Source of the DNA: Spirochaetia bacterium
Lineage (GTDB): Bacteria > Spirochaetota > Spirochaetia > UBA9216
NCBI GenBank assembly: GCA_965140585.1
Contig: OZ223264.1
Coordinates: 1-64,000 of the forward strand
DNA: 64,000 nucleotides
Direction: 5' to 3'
Of the stretch, positions 28,012-38,533 are shown one piece after another. A program made the translations under genes and the position numbers. The first letter of the stretch is position 1, and every line of letters starts with the position of its first letter. The notes beneath the pieces were generated by a model. The model was not told the origin of the DNA. It was given only the letters and a program-made list of their open reading frames with translations, and did no database searches.

Positions 28012-28901
28012 GCATTCTCCTTCTTGAAGCTCATTCTCATATAAAAAAGCGTGAGCAGGAACAGAAACAGGCCGACCATGTATGCCATGGCAGATCCTCT
28101 ACCGAACCTTCCCATATCGAACGTAATTTCATAGTTATATATCATTGGTGTTTTTGTAAGTTCGCTGAACTCTGTCAGCGCATATATACCGTCAAAAACA
28201 TTAAAGCTTGCAATCATTGTAAGAACAACGGCAATACCGCCTATCTGTGAAAGGTAGGGGATTGTAATTGCAAAAAGACGTCTCACTACACCGGCTCCGT
28301 CCACCATTGCCGCCTCGTAGAGCTGGTTTGGAATTGATTGGAGAACGCCCAGGAAAAGAATGGTGATAAATGGTGTATACCGCCAGACGAATAGAAATAC
28401 CGACAGGTTAATCGCAACATTGGGATCACTCAGCCAGAAATGATAATCGTCTATTAATCCCAGCTGAAACAGCAGTCCGTTAAGGGCTCCGTAATCACCA
28501 TTGAAAATCCATTTCCACAGATGTCCGTTAACGACCGGCGGAATTGCCCACGGGATGATTACAACTGCTCTTAAAAACCCCTTTCCAGGAAAAGCCTGAT
28601 TCAGAACCTGCGCGAATCCCAGTGATATTATCAGTACTGAGGCTGTGGCTACAATCATAAAGTAGACAACACGGAGTACTGTTTTCTGAAAGGTCGGATC
28701 CTTCAGAATATAGATATAATTTTCAAGGCCGATGAATTTAATATTATTCGGCATCTTCAGGTTGTATTTAAGAAGACTGAATCTGAAAGACTGTATTGCG
28801 GGCAAATATGCAAATACCAGCAGGAGCAGCAGTGTCGGAACAAGGATCGTCCAGGCCAAATGTGTTTCGTTATCCAGCCAGGTCGATAATTTTTTTCTCA
28901 T
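28008..28901 (-). CDS. Carbohydrate ABC transporter permease (MalF-like)
   Basis: FIGLENY; LYEAAMVDGA. Confidence 0.93.
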   Translation of the reverse strand: MRKKLSTWLDNETHLAWTILVPTLLLLLVFAYLPAIQSFRFSLLKYNLKMPNNIKFIGLENYIYILKDPTFQKTVLRVVYFMIVATASVLIISLGFAQVLNQAFPGKGFLRAVVIIPWAIPPVVNGHLWKWIFNGDYGALNGLLFQLGLIDDYHFWLSDPNVAINLSVFLFVWRYTPFITILFLGVLQSIPNQLYEAAMVDGAGVVRRLFAITIPYLSQIGGIAVVLTMIASFNVFDGIYALTEFSELTKTPMIYNYEITFDMGRFGRGSAMAYMVGLFLFLLTLFYMRMSFKKENA

Positions 28902-28939
28902 AGGTTATTTCTCCTGATTATATCAGTTTAAATGAAAAG

Positions 28940-29190
28940 GCCCGCAGGTGAAACAAAAACAAAACCAGGTCGGTTTTGTTTTTGTTTTAGGAGTGTTTAT
29001 TGTAACCCCGTAAAGATATACAAGTAAGAAAATGGTTGCAATAAAACTCCACACAACTATAGAACCTTTAAAAACTGCAGTTTTTAAAGGTATACCTTAG
29101 ATTTAACGAAGTAATTTAATTTCCTGATAGAGGAAATTAAATTACTTCAAAACAACATGAACACCACCAGTTTGTGGTGTTCATGTTGTT
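28940..29190. repeat. Array of five consecutive hairpins/palindromes (REP/MITE-like element plus mRNA-stabilising stems)
   Basis: Stems at 28951-28987 (16 bp), 28990-29050 (about 17 bp, imperfect), 29064-29091 (perfect 28-bp palindrome), 29108-29148 (18 bp) and 29151-29190 (17 bp). Confidence 0.8.
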
Positions 29191-29192
29191 CC

Positions 29193-30434
29193 TCATTCAT
29201 ATTCTTTCTGAAGTTCTCTGGTGAACTTGCCGAGCTCTGCGATGGCAGTATCAGCATCAACTTCACCGCGTGCAACTCTGAGAAGTGAGTTTTTAAGCTC
29301 TGTTTCGAACTCGCCGAACCATGGTGTTGCATATGGAAGCGGTACTACGTATTCACTCTGCTTTGACATAGTTTCCCATCCGTCGATGAGGCCCTGATCT
29401 CCAAGTGATTTGTATACGCTCTTTTCAGCGGGGAACATTCCGTTTGCTTCATAGCAGAAAAGCTGCGCTTCTTCTGTGAGCATAAACTCAATGAACTTTT
29501 CAGCAGCTTTCGGATATTCAGTATAGCTTGATACTGCGAGACCTGCAGGAAGTGACCATGTGTAGTGCTGTTCAGGGAGAAGGAGGTAATCTGCATTGGG
29601 AGCAATCTTTGATTTCTCAGGATTGTTGGCAATTGCAAGTGAACCCTGCCATGCCTGGTGAAATGTAGCGTCTCCTGCCCAGAATGAAGGGTGAGCATTC
29701 GGTGATGTGAGTCTTTCAGGAGTAATCAGGCCTTTTTCAAACCATCCTGTAAGTCTCTTGTATGCATCATATGCAGGATCTGAAGGATCATCGAACATTG
29801 GTGTTCCGTCTTCAGCAAAGAGGGTGGAACCGGTTGAAAGTGCAATAAGGTAGTAAGGCCAGTGTCTTACTGCCATCGCAAGCGGGTATTCATAGATACC
29901 TTCTTCCTTCATCTGGATTGCTGCATTTTCAAGGTCATCCCAGGTTTTAATGTCGGCAGCTGTTTTTCCAATCTGCTCAAGGGTTGCCTTGTCGTAATCG
30001 ATCATAACCATCTGCTGATAGATAGGCACTGCGTATGAAGTCCCATCAACAACAAAGAAATTAGAACCGATAGTTCTGTCGAAGGTTTCCTGGGGAACGA
30101 GCCCTTCAAGATCGGCAAGGATGCCTGAAGCTGCAAATGTTCCAAGGTGGCTTATACCTACAAAGATAACATCTGCCGGATTAACCTTTCCGCCGGCGGC
30201 CTGCATAACCTTATTTCTAAGGTCTTCATCCTTAAGAGTAGAAACTTCAACCTTGATTCCGGTTTCAGCCTCAAACTTGGCAACAAGTTCCTCTGAAGGT
30301 GCACCCCATGACGGAGTTATATAAACAAGCTTTTCTGGAGTAGCTTCTTCTTTCTGTCCTCCGGCAAATACTGAAGCGCAGCCGAGGACAATTACGGTAA
30401 CAATCAACAATAATTTTTTCATATAATCCTCCAA
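29193..30434 (-). CDS. Carbohydrate ABC transporter substrate-binding protein
   Basis: Spirochaete-style signal VFAGGQKEE; KFEAETGIKVEV; KTWDDL; start may be the second Met (30422). Confidence 0.92.
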   Translation of the reverse strand: MEDYMKKLLLIVTVIVLGCASVFAGGQKEEATPEKLVYITPSWGAPSEELVAKFEAETGIKVEVSTLKDEDLRNKVMQAAGGKVNPADVIFVGISHLGTFAASGILADLEGLVPQETFDRTIGSNFFVVDGTSYAVPIYQQMVMIDYDKATLEQIGKTAADIKTWDDLENAAIQMKEEGIYEYPLAMAVRHWPYYLIALSTGSTLFAEDGTPMFDDPSDPAYDAYKRLTGWFEKGLITPERLTSPNAHPSFWAGDATFHQAWQGSLAIANNPEKSKIAPNADYLLLPEQHYTWSLPAGLAVSSYTEYPKAAEKFIEFMLTEEAQLFCYEANGMFPAEKSVYKSLGDQGLIDGWETMSKQSEYVVPLPYATPWFGEFETELKNSLLRVARGEVDADTAIAELGKFTRELQKEYE

Positions 30435-30563
30435 GATAGTATTAAGAAATTATATTCTGCGGAAAACACTTAGTCAATAAAATTATTTTTCATTTTCAGA
30501 ACATTTTTATGAAATTACTTTTTAAAAATATTTTGACAAACAATAATTAAATGCGCATAATGA

Positions 30564-31712
30564 TTGAATATGAATGAACAGATTGTTATCGGACTCATGT
30601 CCGGCACTTCGGTGGACGGTATTGATGCCGCTGCGGTAAAAATTACAGGTCTTGGAGCTCTTCCTTCTGCTGTTGAGATGCTGGGCGGACTTTCCTGGCC
30701 GATCCCCGACGATGTGAAAAAGGTTATATTTGAACTTTTTGAAGACGGGCCGGGTTCACTAAAAAAGCTTTGTCTTATTAATATGCGGCTTGGGCAGCTT
30801 TTTGCCGAAGCTGCAAATGCTCTTATTGAAAAGCTGGATTTAGATCGAAGCGATGTAAAACTTATAGGATCGCATGGACAGACCCTGTATCATGTTGCTG
30901 AAAAAGAGGCTTTCTGCGGTGATATGCTTCGTGGCAGCCTTCAGACGGGGGAAGCCTCTGTGATTGCTCAGGAAACCGGAATCCCTGTGGTTTCGGATTT
31001 CAGAGTTGCAGATATTGCCGCCGGCGGTTCAGGTGCTCCCCTTGTTCCTTTCTTTGACAGCTTTCTTGCAGAGCTGCATGGTGATAAGACCGCGTTTCAG
31101 AATATAGGCGGGATAGGAAATCTTGCCTACTTTGAAAAGGGAGCAGCCGCCTCGGCCTTTGATACCGGCCCGGGGAATATGATAATTGATCGGCTTGTGA
31201 CCGAATATACGAGGGGCAAGCTTGCCTATGATAAAGACGGTCTGATTGGGCTTCAGGGAACCGTAGATGAAAAACTGCTTGAAAAGTGGATGACTCATCC
31301 CTATCTTTCAGCGCCTGTGCCCAAGTCTACAGGCCGGGAGGAATTCGGTACAGATTTTTATAAAAACTGGATTAATGGTGAACAGCCGGAACCTGATTTA
31401 ATTCGAACCGCTGAAGAATATACAGTACGCACTATTACTGATGCGTTTAAGCGTTATTTTGATAAGGTTCCGGAGAAGCTGATTGTTTCCGGAGGCGGGT
31501 CATTTAATCCTGTAATCATGAACGGCCTGAAGCAGGCCATGCCTGAAACACTGATTGTCTCGGGTGATGAGGCCGGTATAAGTTCGGAGTACAAGGAAGC
31601 TGCCGCCTTCGCTTTGCTCGCCTGGAGTTATCTGGAGAACATTCCAAATAATATTAAAGCGGCAACAGGAGCCTCCCGTCCGGTGGTTATGGGAAAACTT
31701 TCAAAGCCCTAA
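30564..31712 (+). CDS. anmK: Anhydro-N-acetylmuramic acid kinase
   Basis: GLMSGTSVDGID, GSHGQT, DFRVADIAAGGSGAPLVP, NIGGIGN, FDTGPGN, PKSTGRE and KEAAAFA motifs. Confidence 0.95.
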   Translation: MNMNEQIVIGLMSGTSVDGIDAAAVKITGLGALPSAVEMLGGLSWPIPDDVKKVIFELFEDGPGSLKKLCLINMRLGQLFAEAANALIEKLDLDRSDVKLIGSHGQTLYHVAEKEAFCGDMLRGSLQTGEASVIAQETGIPVVSDFRVADIAAGGSGAPLVPFFDSFLAELHGDKTAFQNIGGIGNLAYFEKGAAASAFDTGPGNMIIDRLVTEYTRGKLAYDKDGLIGLQGTVDEKLLEKWMTHPYLSAPVPKSTGREEFGTDFYKNWINGEQPEPDLIRTAEEYTVRTITDAFKRYFDKVPEKLIVSGGGSFNPVIMNGLKQAMPETLIVSGDEAGISSEYKEAAAFALLAWSYLENIPNNIKAATGASRPVVMGKLSKP

Positions 31713-31731
31713 TTTTAAATACGAGGTAAAC

Positions 31732-32646
31732 ATGGACAATCTTGGAGAACTGCAGACTGAACAGCCGAATCCGGCATCCAGGAATATTGATACTAAATCA
31801 GTCATTGAAATACTTGAAATAATTAACGAAGAAGACATGAAGGTTCCGGGCCGGGTAACTCCTGCAATTCCGGAAATTGCCGCAATTGTGGAAGCAACTG
31901 TTGAAGCTTTTAAAATGGGCGGAAGGCTTTTTTATGTGGGAGCAGGTACATCAGGAAGGCTCGGTGTTCTTGATGCCTCCGAGTGTCCGCCTACCTTCGG
32001 GGTAAGCCGTGACATGGTTCAGGGGCTGATTGCCGGCGGACAGGAAGCCCTGACCCGCTCGGTTGAATGGGCTGAGGATAACGAGGAAGCCGGTGCAAAT
32101 GAACTTGCTGAAAAAGGCATATCTGCAAACGATGTTGTTGTAGGAATTACAGCAAGCGGTCAGGCCCCCTATGTAATCGGAGCAATGAAGAAAGGACATG
32201 AGGCCGGTGCAGTAGTTGGTGCTATAAGCTGTAATAAAAACTCGAAAATCTTTCAGTATGCTGACCATTCGATTTTTCTGGATGTAGGTCCCGAGATTGT
32301 TGCCGGATCTACAAGGCTTAAGTCGGGAACCGCGCAGAAGCTTGTGCTGAATATGATCACAACTGCTTCGATGATACGGCTGGGAAAGGTTTACAACAAT
32401 CTGATGGTTGATCTGGTTCCTGTTAATAATAAACTGATTGAGAGATCTATAAGGCTGATCATAACTGCAACAGGCTGTGATCGTAAAACAGCTGAAGCAG
32501 CCTTTGATGAATCAGGAAAACACCCTAAAACTGCTATTGTGTCTGTACTTCTGGGGATTTCGGCTGATGAGGCAAAGGCTCTGCTGGATGGTAATGAGGA
32601 CCGAATCGGAACTGCAGTACAGAGTTATAAAAATCAGGCAGAGTAA
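31732..32646 (+). CDS. murQ: N-acetylmuramic acid 6-phosphate etherase
   Basis: GAGTSGRLGVLDASECPPTF; GSTRLKSGTAQK; NLMVD. Confidence 0.96.
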   Translation: MDNLGELQTEQPNPASRNIDTKSVIEILEIINEEDMKVPGRVTPAIPEIAAIVEATVEAFKMGGRLFYVGAGTSGRLGVLDASECPPTFGVSRDMVQGLIAGGQEALTRSVEWAEDNEEAGANELAEKGISANDVVVGITASGQAPYVIGAMKKGHEAGAVVGAISCNKNSKIFQYADHSIFLDVGPEIVAGSTRLKSGTAQKLVLNMITTASMIRLGKVYNNLMVDLVPVNNKLIERSIRLIITATGCDRKTAEAAFDESGKHPKTAIVSVLLGISADEAKALLDGNEDRIGTAVQSYKNQAE

Positions 32647-32648
32647 AA

Positions 32649-33704
32649 ATGTTTGGAAAACTGATTGAAGAAAGTATAGCAGGCGGTTGTTTTCCGGGAA
32701 TATCCCTGATTGTTGAAAAGGACGGAAAACGGATTGCAGCTGAAAATTACGGCAATATGTCTTATGATGATGAGACATATGTTAGTTCTGATACCCTCTT
32801 CGATCTTGCCTCACTGACAAAACCGCTTGCGACAACACCGGTACTGCTTGCCCTGCTCGATGCTGAAGGTCTGGATACCGGTAAAACTCTTTCATACTTC
32901 CTTGATAAAATAAATGAAGAAAGCGGAGCTCTGAGTCTTCAGCAGCTGATGACTCATTCTTCCGGGCTCCCTCCAGTCCCGGAGATTTTCCGGCTGTTTG
33001 AAACAGAATCGGATATCGATGAACAGAGAGCACTTCGGCATCTTTACTCTCTGGTTCCGGAAGTAAACCCCGGCACCGAAGTTATTTACAGCTGTACCGG
33101 TTACATTCTTTTGACTCAGGTATTGAAAAAAATTGCAGGGATGTCGCTTGCGGAGGCTTTTTACAAGCTGATAATAGAACCCTCAGGGATCTCTGATCTT
33201 AAATTTAATCCTGATGGGGATGATAAAAAACGCAGTGCTGCAACCGAGTTCTGCAGCTGGAGAGGCCGGCAGCTTAAGGGTGAAGTCCATGATGAAAACT
33301 CCTGGTGTCTGGGAGGCGAGGGTGGAAATGCCGGACTCTTCGGAACCGCGGAGGCTGTTTCCTCAATTGCCGATCTTTTCATGCATGAGGGCGTCTTAAA
33401 CGGAAGGCAGATTCTGAAACCGGAGTATGTACAAAAAATGACTACAACCCAGTCCGAAGAACTTCAGCCTTCTAGAGCTCTGGGTTTTCTCACCCAGTCG
33501 GCAGAATCTTTTGCCGGTCAGGGTTTCAGTGAAGCCTCCTTCGGTCATACCGGGTTTACCGGCACAAGTCTCTGGATAGATCCCGAAATGGGACTTAAGG
33601 TTACTGCTTTGACAAACCGTGTTAATCTTGGAAGGGATAATACGGCCGATAAAATTAAGGCCTTCCGGCTTGACCTGCACAAACTGATAAGGTCTTTTTT
33701 TTAG
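32649..33704 (+). CDS. Serine hydrolase, beta-lactamase family (AmiE-like exo-amidase candidate)
   Basis: FDLASLTK (SxxK), YSC, VHDEN, GNAGLF and GHTGFTGT motifs; cluster context. Confidence 0.85.
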   Translation: MFGKLIEESIAGGCFPGISLIVEKDGKRIAAENYGNMSYDDETYVSSDTLFDLASLTKPLATTPVLLALLDAEGLDTGKTLSYFLDKINEESGALSLQQLMTHSSGLPPVPEIFRLFETESDIDEQRALRHLYSLVPEVNPGTEVIYSCTGYILLTQVLKKIAGMSLAEAFYKLIIEPSGISDLKFNPDGDDKKRSAATEFCSWRGRQLKGEVHDENSWCLGGEGGNAGLFGTAEAVSSIADLFMHEGVLNGRQILKPEYVQKMTTTQSEELQPSRALGFLTQSAESFAGQGFSEASFGHTGFTGTSLWIDPEMGLKVTALTNRVNLGRDNTADKIKAFRLDLHKLIRSFF

Positions 33705-33757
33705 TAAGCTTCCTGCAAAACCCGGTTGGTTTTGAAATTGCCTTAATTAATCAAAAT

Positions 33758-34969
33758 TCAGTAATTGAAAAAATTATCCCATTGCCGGTCAAGGATTGAG
33801 AGCGAATCTTTCAGCGGTTTAACAGTGAAACCTCCCTCAGAGTCTTCATTCAGCAGTTCCAGAGCCTTAAGTTTTGCCAGTGCATCATCGCACTCAAAGT
33901 CCATTACGCAGCCGTGCTTCTCTTCCATCCACTTTTCGATACGGCTGTCAAGCTCACCTTCAGTCAGCGGACTTTCGGCTGTGTACAGGAAGTAGTACGA
34001 AAGAAATGATTCTTTGCATTCCTCTTCTTCGGCCGAATCTATCAGCGAATAGAAAACTCCTGCATTGTTTACCATATTTCTGAAATAAAGATTGTCGCTG
34101 AGTTCTTTCTGAAAGAGGAATCTCTTTGTTTTATATTTACTCCATTGCTTGAAGAGAAATCCTCCGAGGGCTCCAAGAGCTGAAAATACCGCAATAGCCT
34201 GCTTGAGCTGATTTTCTTCAACTGTCCCCTTTATTCCAAGATAGGCGCTGATGATTACAAAGGCGACTATAAGTGCCGGAATAACCTTTGTTACCAAAAG
34301 CGGTACTCCGGCGGCAACCGCAGGGACGACCAGCATAAGTTTGTCCTTCAGGCTCATTATTACTTTTGAGTTTGGAAAAAGAATCTCGAGGTCCTCAATA
34401 GGGACATCCTTGAACATCTTTATGAAGGTACTCTCTTCCTGTTCCTCTGTCTTCTTGAGACGTGCAAAGAGAACTACTCTTTCAAGTATTTCGTGCTCAT
34501 GGTCGGTGGTTTTAAGCCCGAACAGGCGTTTTAATGTGAATTTATCCTTTCTACGGCCGCGGGCGTAAATTCGGGCGTATTCATAATCATCGAAATCAAT
34601 TTTAACACTGAAGTTGACCAGGGCGTTATCGTTGAATGCGCTTTCAATTTCTTCCTTGGGGATTAGATTGAAATTGGCGTCATTTAATATCTTCTGGAGG
34701 GTTGTATCGAGCTTCCGGTTCGAGTCTTCGATTTCTGCTTCAGATGGTTGCAATGCCTTTTTCAGGTCGGGGTTTATCGGATAGTAAGCGTCTTTCAGTT
34801 CCTCTAGATCTTTGTGAAAGGTAAAATGAAAAATGCTTTCGATGATTCCGCAGAGCAGATTAAAATCCCCTCTTGCTTCTTCTGATTCAAATTTCTGATC
34901 GTCGAGAATCATACCGATGATATCCCTCTTCCGGAAGGGAATATACCGTTCTTTCTGTGTCTCCATCAT
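33758..34969 (-). CDS. DUF3754/TMEM143 family protein
   Basis: ERYIP, LKDAY, KMFKDVPIEDLEILFP, LYFR...NN.G, AEEEECKE and FECDDALAKL motifs. Confidence 0.8.
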   Translation of the reverse strand: MMETQKERYIPFRKRDIIGMILDDQKFESEEARGDFNLLCGIIESIFHFTFHKDLEELKDAYYPINPDLKKALQPSEAEIEDSNRKLDTTLQKILNDANFNLIPKEEIESAFNDNALVNFSVKIDFDDYEYARIYARGRRKDKFTLKRLFGLKTTDHEHEILERVVLFARLKKTEEQEESTFIKMFKDVPIEDLEILFPNSKVIMSLKDKLMLVVPAVAAGVPLLVTKVIPALIVAFVIISAYLGIKGTVEENQLKQAIAVFSALGALGGFLFKQWSKYKTKRFLFQKELSDNLYFRNMVNNAGVFYSLIDSAEEEECKESFLSYYFLYTAESPLTEGELDSRIEKWMEEKHGCVMDFECDDALAKLKALELLNEDSEGGFTVKPLKDSLSILDRQWDNFFNY

Positions 34970-34983
34970 TTACTCCAGCGGTT

Positions 34984-35850
34984 TCAGGAACGTTCATGAA
35001 GTCTCTTCAGTCCTTTTACTGCTCCGGTAAGTTCAAGATAATTCTTGATTTCGGGGTAGTCCTCGGAAGCGAGTCCTGTGAACAGTATATCAATAATATT
35101 GAGCTGGGCAATACGTGATGAGCTTGCAGCGGACCGCATGCTGGTTTCCGGAGATGAAATGTGAAGGTTTATATCCGCTTTTTCACTGAGGGTGCTGCTG
35201 CCGTATCTGGTGATGGCAATGGTAACCGCACCTGCGGCTTTCGCTATATCTATCAGTTCAACAACATCCCTTGTTTCTCCGGAATATGAAATGAAAACAG
35301 CTGCATCTCCGGATGTGAGAAGTGTTGCTGAGGTTGCCTGAAGGTGGGTATCTGCGTAGGCATTTGCAAATCGGTTGATTCGCATAAACTTCTGCTGGGC
35401 ATCGAGGGCAACAAGGCCTGAAGCTCCTGTTCCGTAGAAGTCAATTCTGCCGGCACTCCGGAGGGCTTTAATAGCTTTTTCCACCTCGTTTTTATCAAGA
35501 ACCTTTATGGTGTCCTCAATAGCCTGTTTATTGTTATGAGAAATATTTCTGATTATTGTTTCAAGACCGTCACCGGCCTGGATATCTGTATACTGTTTGT
35601 CAGCAGAGTTTTCCCGGGATAATGCAATATCAGTGGCCATTTTCAGGGCAAACTCTCTGTATCCCTCAAAGCCCAGAGTCTTGCAGAAACGGATTATTGC
35701 TGCTTTTGAGGCTCCGCTTAGATCTGCAAGTTCGCCTATTGAAAGTCCTACTGAATTATCAGGATTGTGCATTACATAGGATGCAACCTTGCGCTCCGAT
35801 GGGGTTAGTCCGGAATAAGACTCTTTTATTTTTAACAGGCAACCGTTCAT
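34984..35850 (-). CDS. murR: MurR/RpiR family transcriptional regulator
   Basis: HTH_6 (SERKVA...IIRFCKTLGFEGY) plus SIS domain (ISYSGET, SSRIAQL); located in the mur cluster. Confidence 0.88.
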   Translation of the reverse strand: MNGCLLKIKESYSGLTPSERKVASYVMHNPDNSVGLSIGELADLSGASKAAIIRFCKTLGFEGYREFALKMATDIALSRENSADKQYTDIQAGDGLETIIRNISHNNKQAIEDTIKVLDKNEVEKAIKALRSAGRIDFYGTGASGLVALDAQQKFMRINRFANAYADTHLQATSATLLTSGDAAVFISYSGETRDVVELIDIAKAAGAVTIAITRYGSSTLSEKADINLHISSPETSMRSAASSSRIAQLNIIDILFTGLASEDYPEIKNYLELTGAVKGLKRLHERS

Positions 35851-35851
35851 A

Positions 35852-37348
35852 TCAGACCTCTTTTTCTCCGATCAAAAAACTGATCACAGCTTTCTGCTGG
35901 TCGGGAGTGTAGCCGTATGAACACCAGGCGTTTCTGATTCCGGCAATATCGGCATCCCACGGATTCCGGAGAGCTATAAGATAGAGTGTCTTTGAAGCCT
36001 CCGCTAGCGCTGTGATTAGATTAGATATATTATCATCAAGATAAGCATTTTCGGTAAAAATCAGATTAATTTTTCCTTCAGCAGCCTTTAAAAGGCTTCT
36101 TTTTGTCTCATCTGTCGCTGTTTCGCTGTTTATTTCAAGAAGAGGGCAATCCGAAAGTTCAGCAGCCTTGACCGCTGCGTAGAACAATCCCTGAGCTTCC
36201 TCTTCAACCATCACGAGTCTCTGACGTTTCATGGAAAAAATGTTTTCAATTGACGAAAGCAGGGGAAGGGGCTCTTCCTCTTTGATGCATTTTATTGAGC
36301 GTCCGGAGAGTCCTGCAGCTTTTGAGGCATTTTCAGCGATTCCGATTTTTACTGTATCCTGATTCAGAGAATCCTCAAAGGGGGATAGAATACTGTTGAT
36401 CCTTTCCAGTGATTCAAGATAACGTCTGTATAGATGCTCATCTTTCCCGACAGCATCGTTAAGCGAATTAAATGCATTAATCTGTTTCTCAGTTCCCTCA
36501 CAGATTGAAAGAATATCCATTCCGGCACTAAATGTGTTGATGACCAGTTGTTCAGTAGAGCTGCTGTTTGCCACTCCGCCCATATTCAAATCGTCGGCAA
36601 GCAGCAGTCCGTCAAAATCAAGTTCGTTTCTGACTATTCCGGTAAGCACTTCAGAAGAAACGGTTACAGCCTCTTTCCTGCTTTGAATTGATGGAACGTA
36701 TATATGAGTAGGCATCCAGCATGGGCAGTCAATGTCAAGGAAGGGTTGAATATCAGTATTAAAAAGCTCTTCCCGGCTGATATCAAGAACAGGAAGGTCG
36801 ATATGCGGATCAACCGATGCTCCTCCCAGTCCGGGGAAGTGTTTAAGGCAGGAAAGCACTCCGGCCTCACTAAGCCCTTTAACGAATGCCTGTGCGCAGC
36901 TGATTACTTCTTCTTTCCGGGTTCCGAAGCTTCGTATTCCAATCCCCCGGTTCATAGGATTCCGGTTGATATCAACAACCGGAGCGAGATCCCAGTCAAT
37001 TCCAACTGCCTTCATTTCTGTTCCAAGTATAAAAGCCGCTTCGTAGGCTGCGGTTTCTCCACCTGCCTGTGCAAGAGCCATTGGGCCCGGCATTACAGTA
37101 AAGCCCTCGGTAAGCCTTGTTACAATGCCGCCTTCCTGGTCAACTGCAAAAACGGGTTTTCTGCCCATAAAGGCCGTAATGTCTGAAATAAGTACGGCAA
37201 GCTGCTGCGGATTGACTATATTGCGGCCGAAAAAGATAATCGACAGCGGATCAACTGTTTCAAGGAGTCTTTTAGTTTCATCATCGAGTTCGGATCCCGG
37301 AATTCCGAGCATGAACAGTCTTCCGGTGTTTATATCTGCAGTGTTCAT
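35852..37348 (-). CDS. nagZ: GH3 beta-N-acetylhexosaminidase
   Basis: AVDQEGG, LAPVVD, RSFG, KHFPGLG...DPH (Asp-His dyad) and DDLNM motifs. Confidence 0.88.
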   Translation of the reverse strand: MNTADINTGRLFMLGIPGSELDDETKRLLETVDPLSIIFFGRNIVNPQQLAVLISDITAFMGRKPVFAVDQEGGIVTRLTEGFTVMPGPMALAQAGGETAAYEAAFILGTEMKAVGIDWDLAPVVDINRNPMNRGIGIRSFGTRKEEVISCAQAFVKGLSEAGVLSCLKHFPGLGGASVDPHIDLPVLDISREELFNTDIQPFLDIDCPCWMPTHIYVPSIQSRKEAVTVSSEVLTGIVRNELDFDGLLLADDLNMGGVANSSSTEQLVINTFSAGMDILSICEGTEKQINAFNSLNDAVGKDEHLYRRYLESLERINSILSPFEDSLNQDTVKIGIAENASKAAGLSGRSIKCIKEEEPLPLLSSIENIFSMKRQRLVMVEEEAQGLFYAAVKAAELSDCPLLEINSETATDETKRSLLKAAEGKINLIFTENAYLDDNISNLITALAEASKTLYLIALRNPWDADIAGIRNAWCSYGYTPDQQKAVISFLIGEKEV

Positions 37349-38409
37349 ATTTTAAGACCTATTCCCGGCTTTTGTGAAAAGTATATGTCTGCGCCGCGGT
37401 ATTCGACGCCGCCTTCTTCTGTTTTTGTTCTGCAGAGCAGGGGAACATCAAGATCGGCATATTTTACGTTTCTTACTGCGGAGGCAAAGTGCGCTGCTGC
37501 GGATACTCCCGCATGGCTTTCCATCATGCATCCTGTCATGCAGAAGAGCCCTGCAGCTTCTGCCAGGTGTGCAATTTTAACCGCTTCTGCAATGCCTCCG
37601 CATTTGGCCAGCTTGATGTTGATTCCGTCAGCGGCTTCTGCTTCAATCAGCCTGAAGGCGTCGTTAAGTGAAAAGACACTTTCATCAGCTACAAGGGGAA
37701 TATCTATATTTTCGCGTACATAGCGCATTCCTTTGAAGTCGGCAGCGGCAACCGGCTGTTCAGCGAAGTCGAGACCGGCTCCTGCATTCTGTGATTCATT
37801 TATCACCTTGACTGCATCGCGAGCGTTCCAGCCCTGGTTTGCATCAATCCTTATCACGGCTTCGGGTCCCAGGATTTTTCTGACGGCAAGAATCCGCTCA
37901 ATATCTTCCATTGGATCCTTTCCTACTTTAAGTTTGAATTCACGAAAGCCCTCGTTATAATATTCAAGAGCATCGGAAGCCATCACAGCGGGAGGGTTCA
38001 GGCTGATTGTAAGATCGGTACGGATGCACTCACCCCGTCCGCCAAGGTACCGGTAAAGCGGAAGCCCGCAGGATTTAGTAAAAAGATCGTGGAGGGCAAT
38101 GTCCAGGGCGGATTTTGCGGAAGTGTTTCCGGCCATTGATTTGCCAATAGTATGAAGCAGGGGTTCCAGTGCTGAACAGTCTTCACCGGTAATCAGCTTT
38201 GAAATATGTTCGAGGGCTCCTTTCAGAGAGGCTTCAGTTTCTCCGGTAATAGCTGCGGTAGGAGCGCAGCCCCCTATGCCTTTAAGTCCGGTATCGGTAA
38301 CTACTTCAACCTGAATAACTTCGAGCAGGCGCAGTGTTCTCAAAGATGTTATAAAGGGCTTTTTCAGCTCGCAGCTAATATTCTTCCAGCGGATACTTTC
38401 TATCTTCAT
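37345..38409 (-). CDS. L-Ala-D/L-Glu (dipeptide) epimerase, enolase superfamily
   Basis: KLKVG, DANQGW, EQP, ADES, NIKLAKCGG, GCMMES and DLD motifs. Confidence 0.92.
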   Translation of the reverse strand: MKIESIRWKNISCELKKPFITSLRTLRLLEVIQVEVVTDTGLKGIGGCAPTAAITGETEASLKGALEHISKLITGEDCSALEPLLHTIGKSMAGNTSAKSALDIALHDLFTKSCGLPLYRYLGGRGECIRTDLTISLNPPAVMASDALEYYNEGFREFKLKVGKDPMEDIERILAVRKILGPEAVIRIDANQGWNARDAVKVINESQNAGAGLDFAEQPVAAADFKGMRYVRENIDIPLVADESVFSLNDAFRLIEAEAADGINIKLAKCGGIAEAVKIAHLAEAAGLFCMTGCMMESHAGVSAAAHFASAVRNVKYADLDVPLLCRTKTEEGGVEYRGADIYFSQKPGIGLKI

Positions 38410-38533
38410 AAAATCAGATTAACACTATTATCAGGATCTTGCCAACGAATATAAAACTTTTTATCATTAAAACGATGACAATCTGAAAATTAGTTGTATG
38501 ATATCCTGATTTTTTAATGTATTATTAATATGT

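Noticed and set aside
28940-29190. CRISPR array
   Set aside because: The hairpins differ in sequence; there is no direct repeat-spacer periodicity and no cas gene
30440-30525. Candidate MurR operators (GAAA-N-TTT-like AT-rich repeats)
   Set aside because: Plausible from context but too degenerate in AT-rich DNA to delimit by eye
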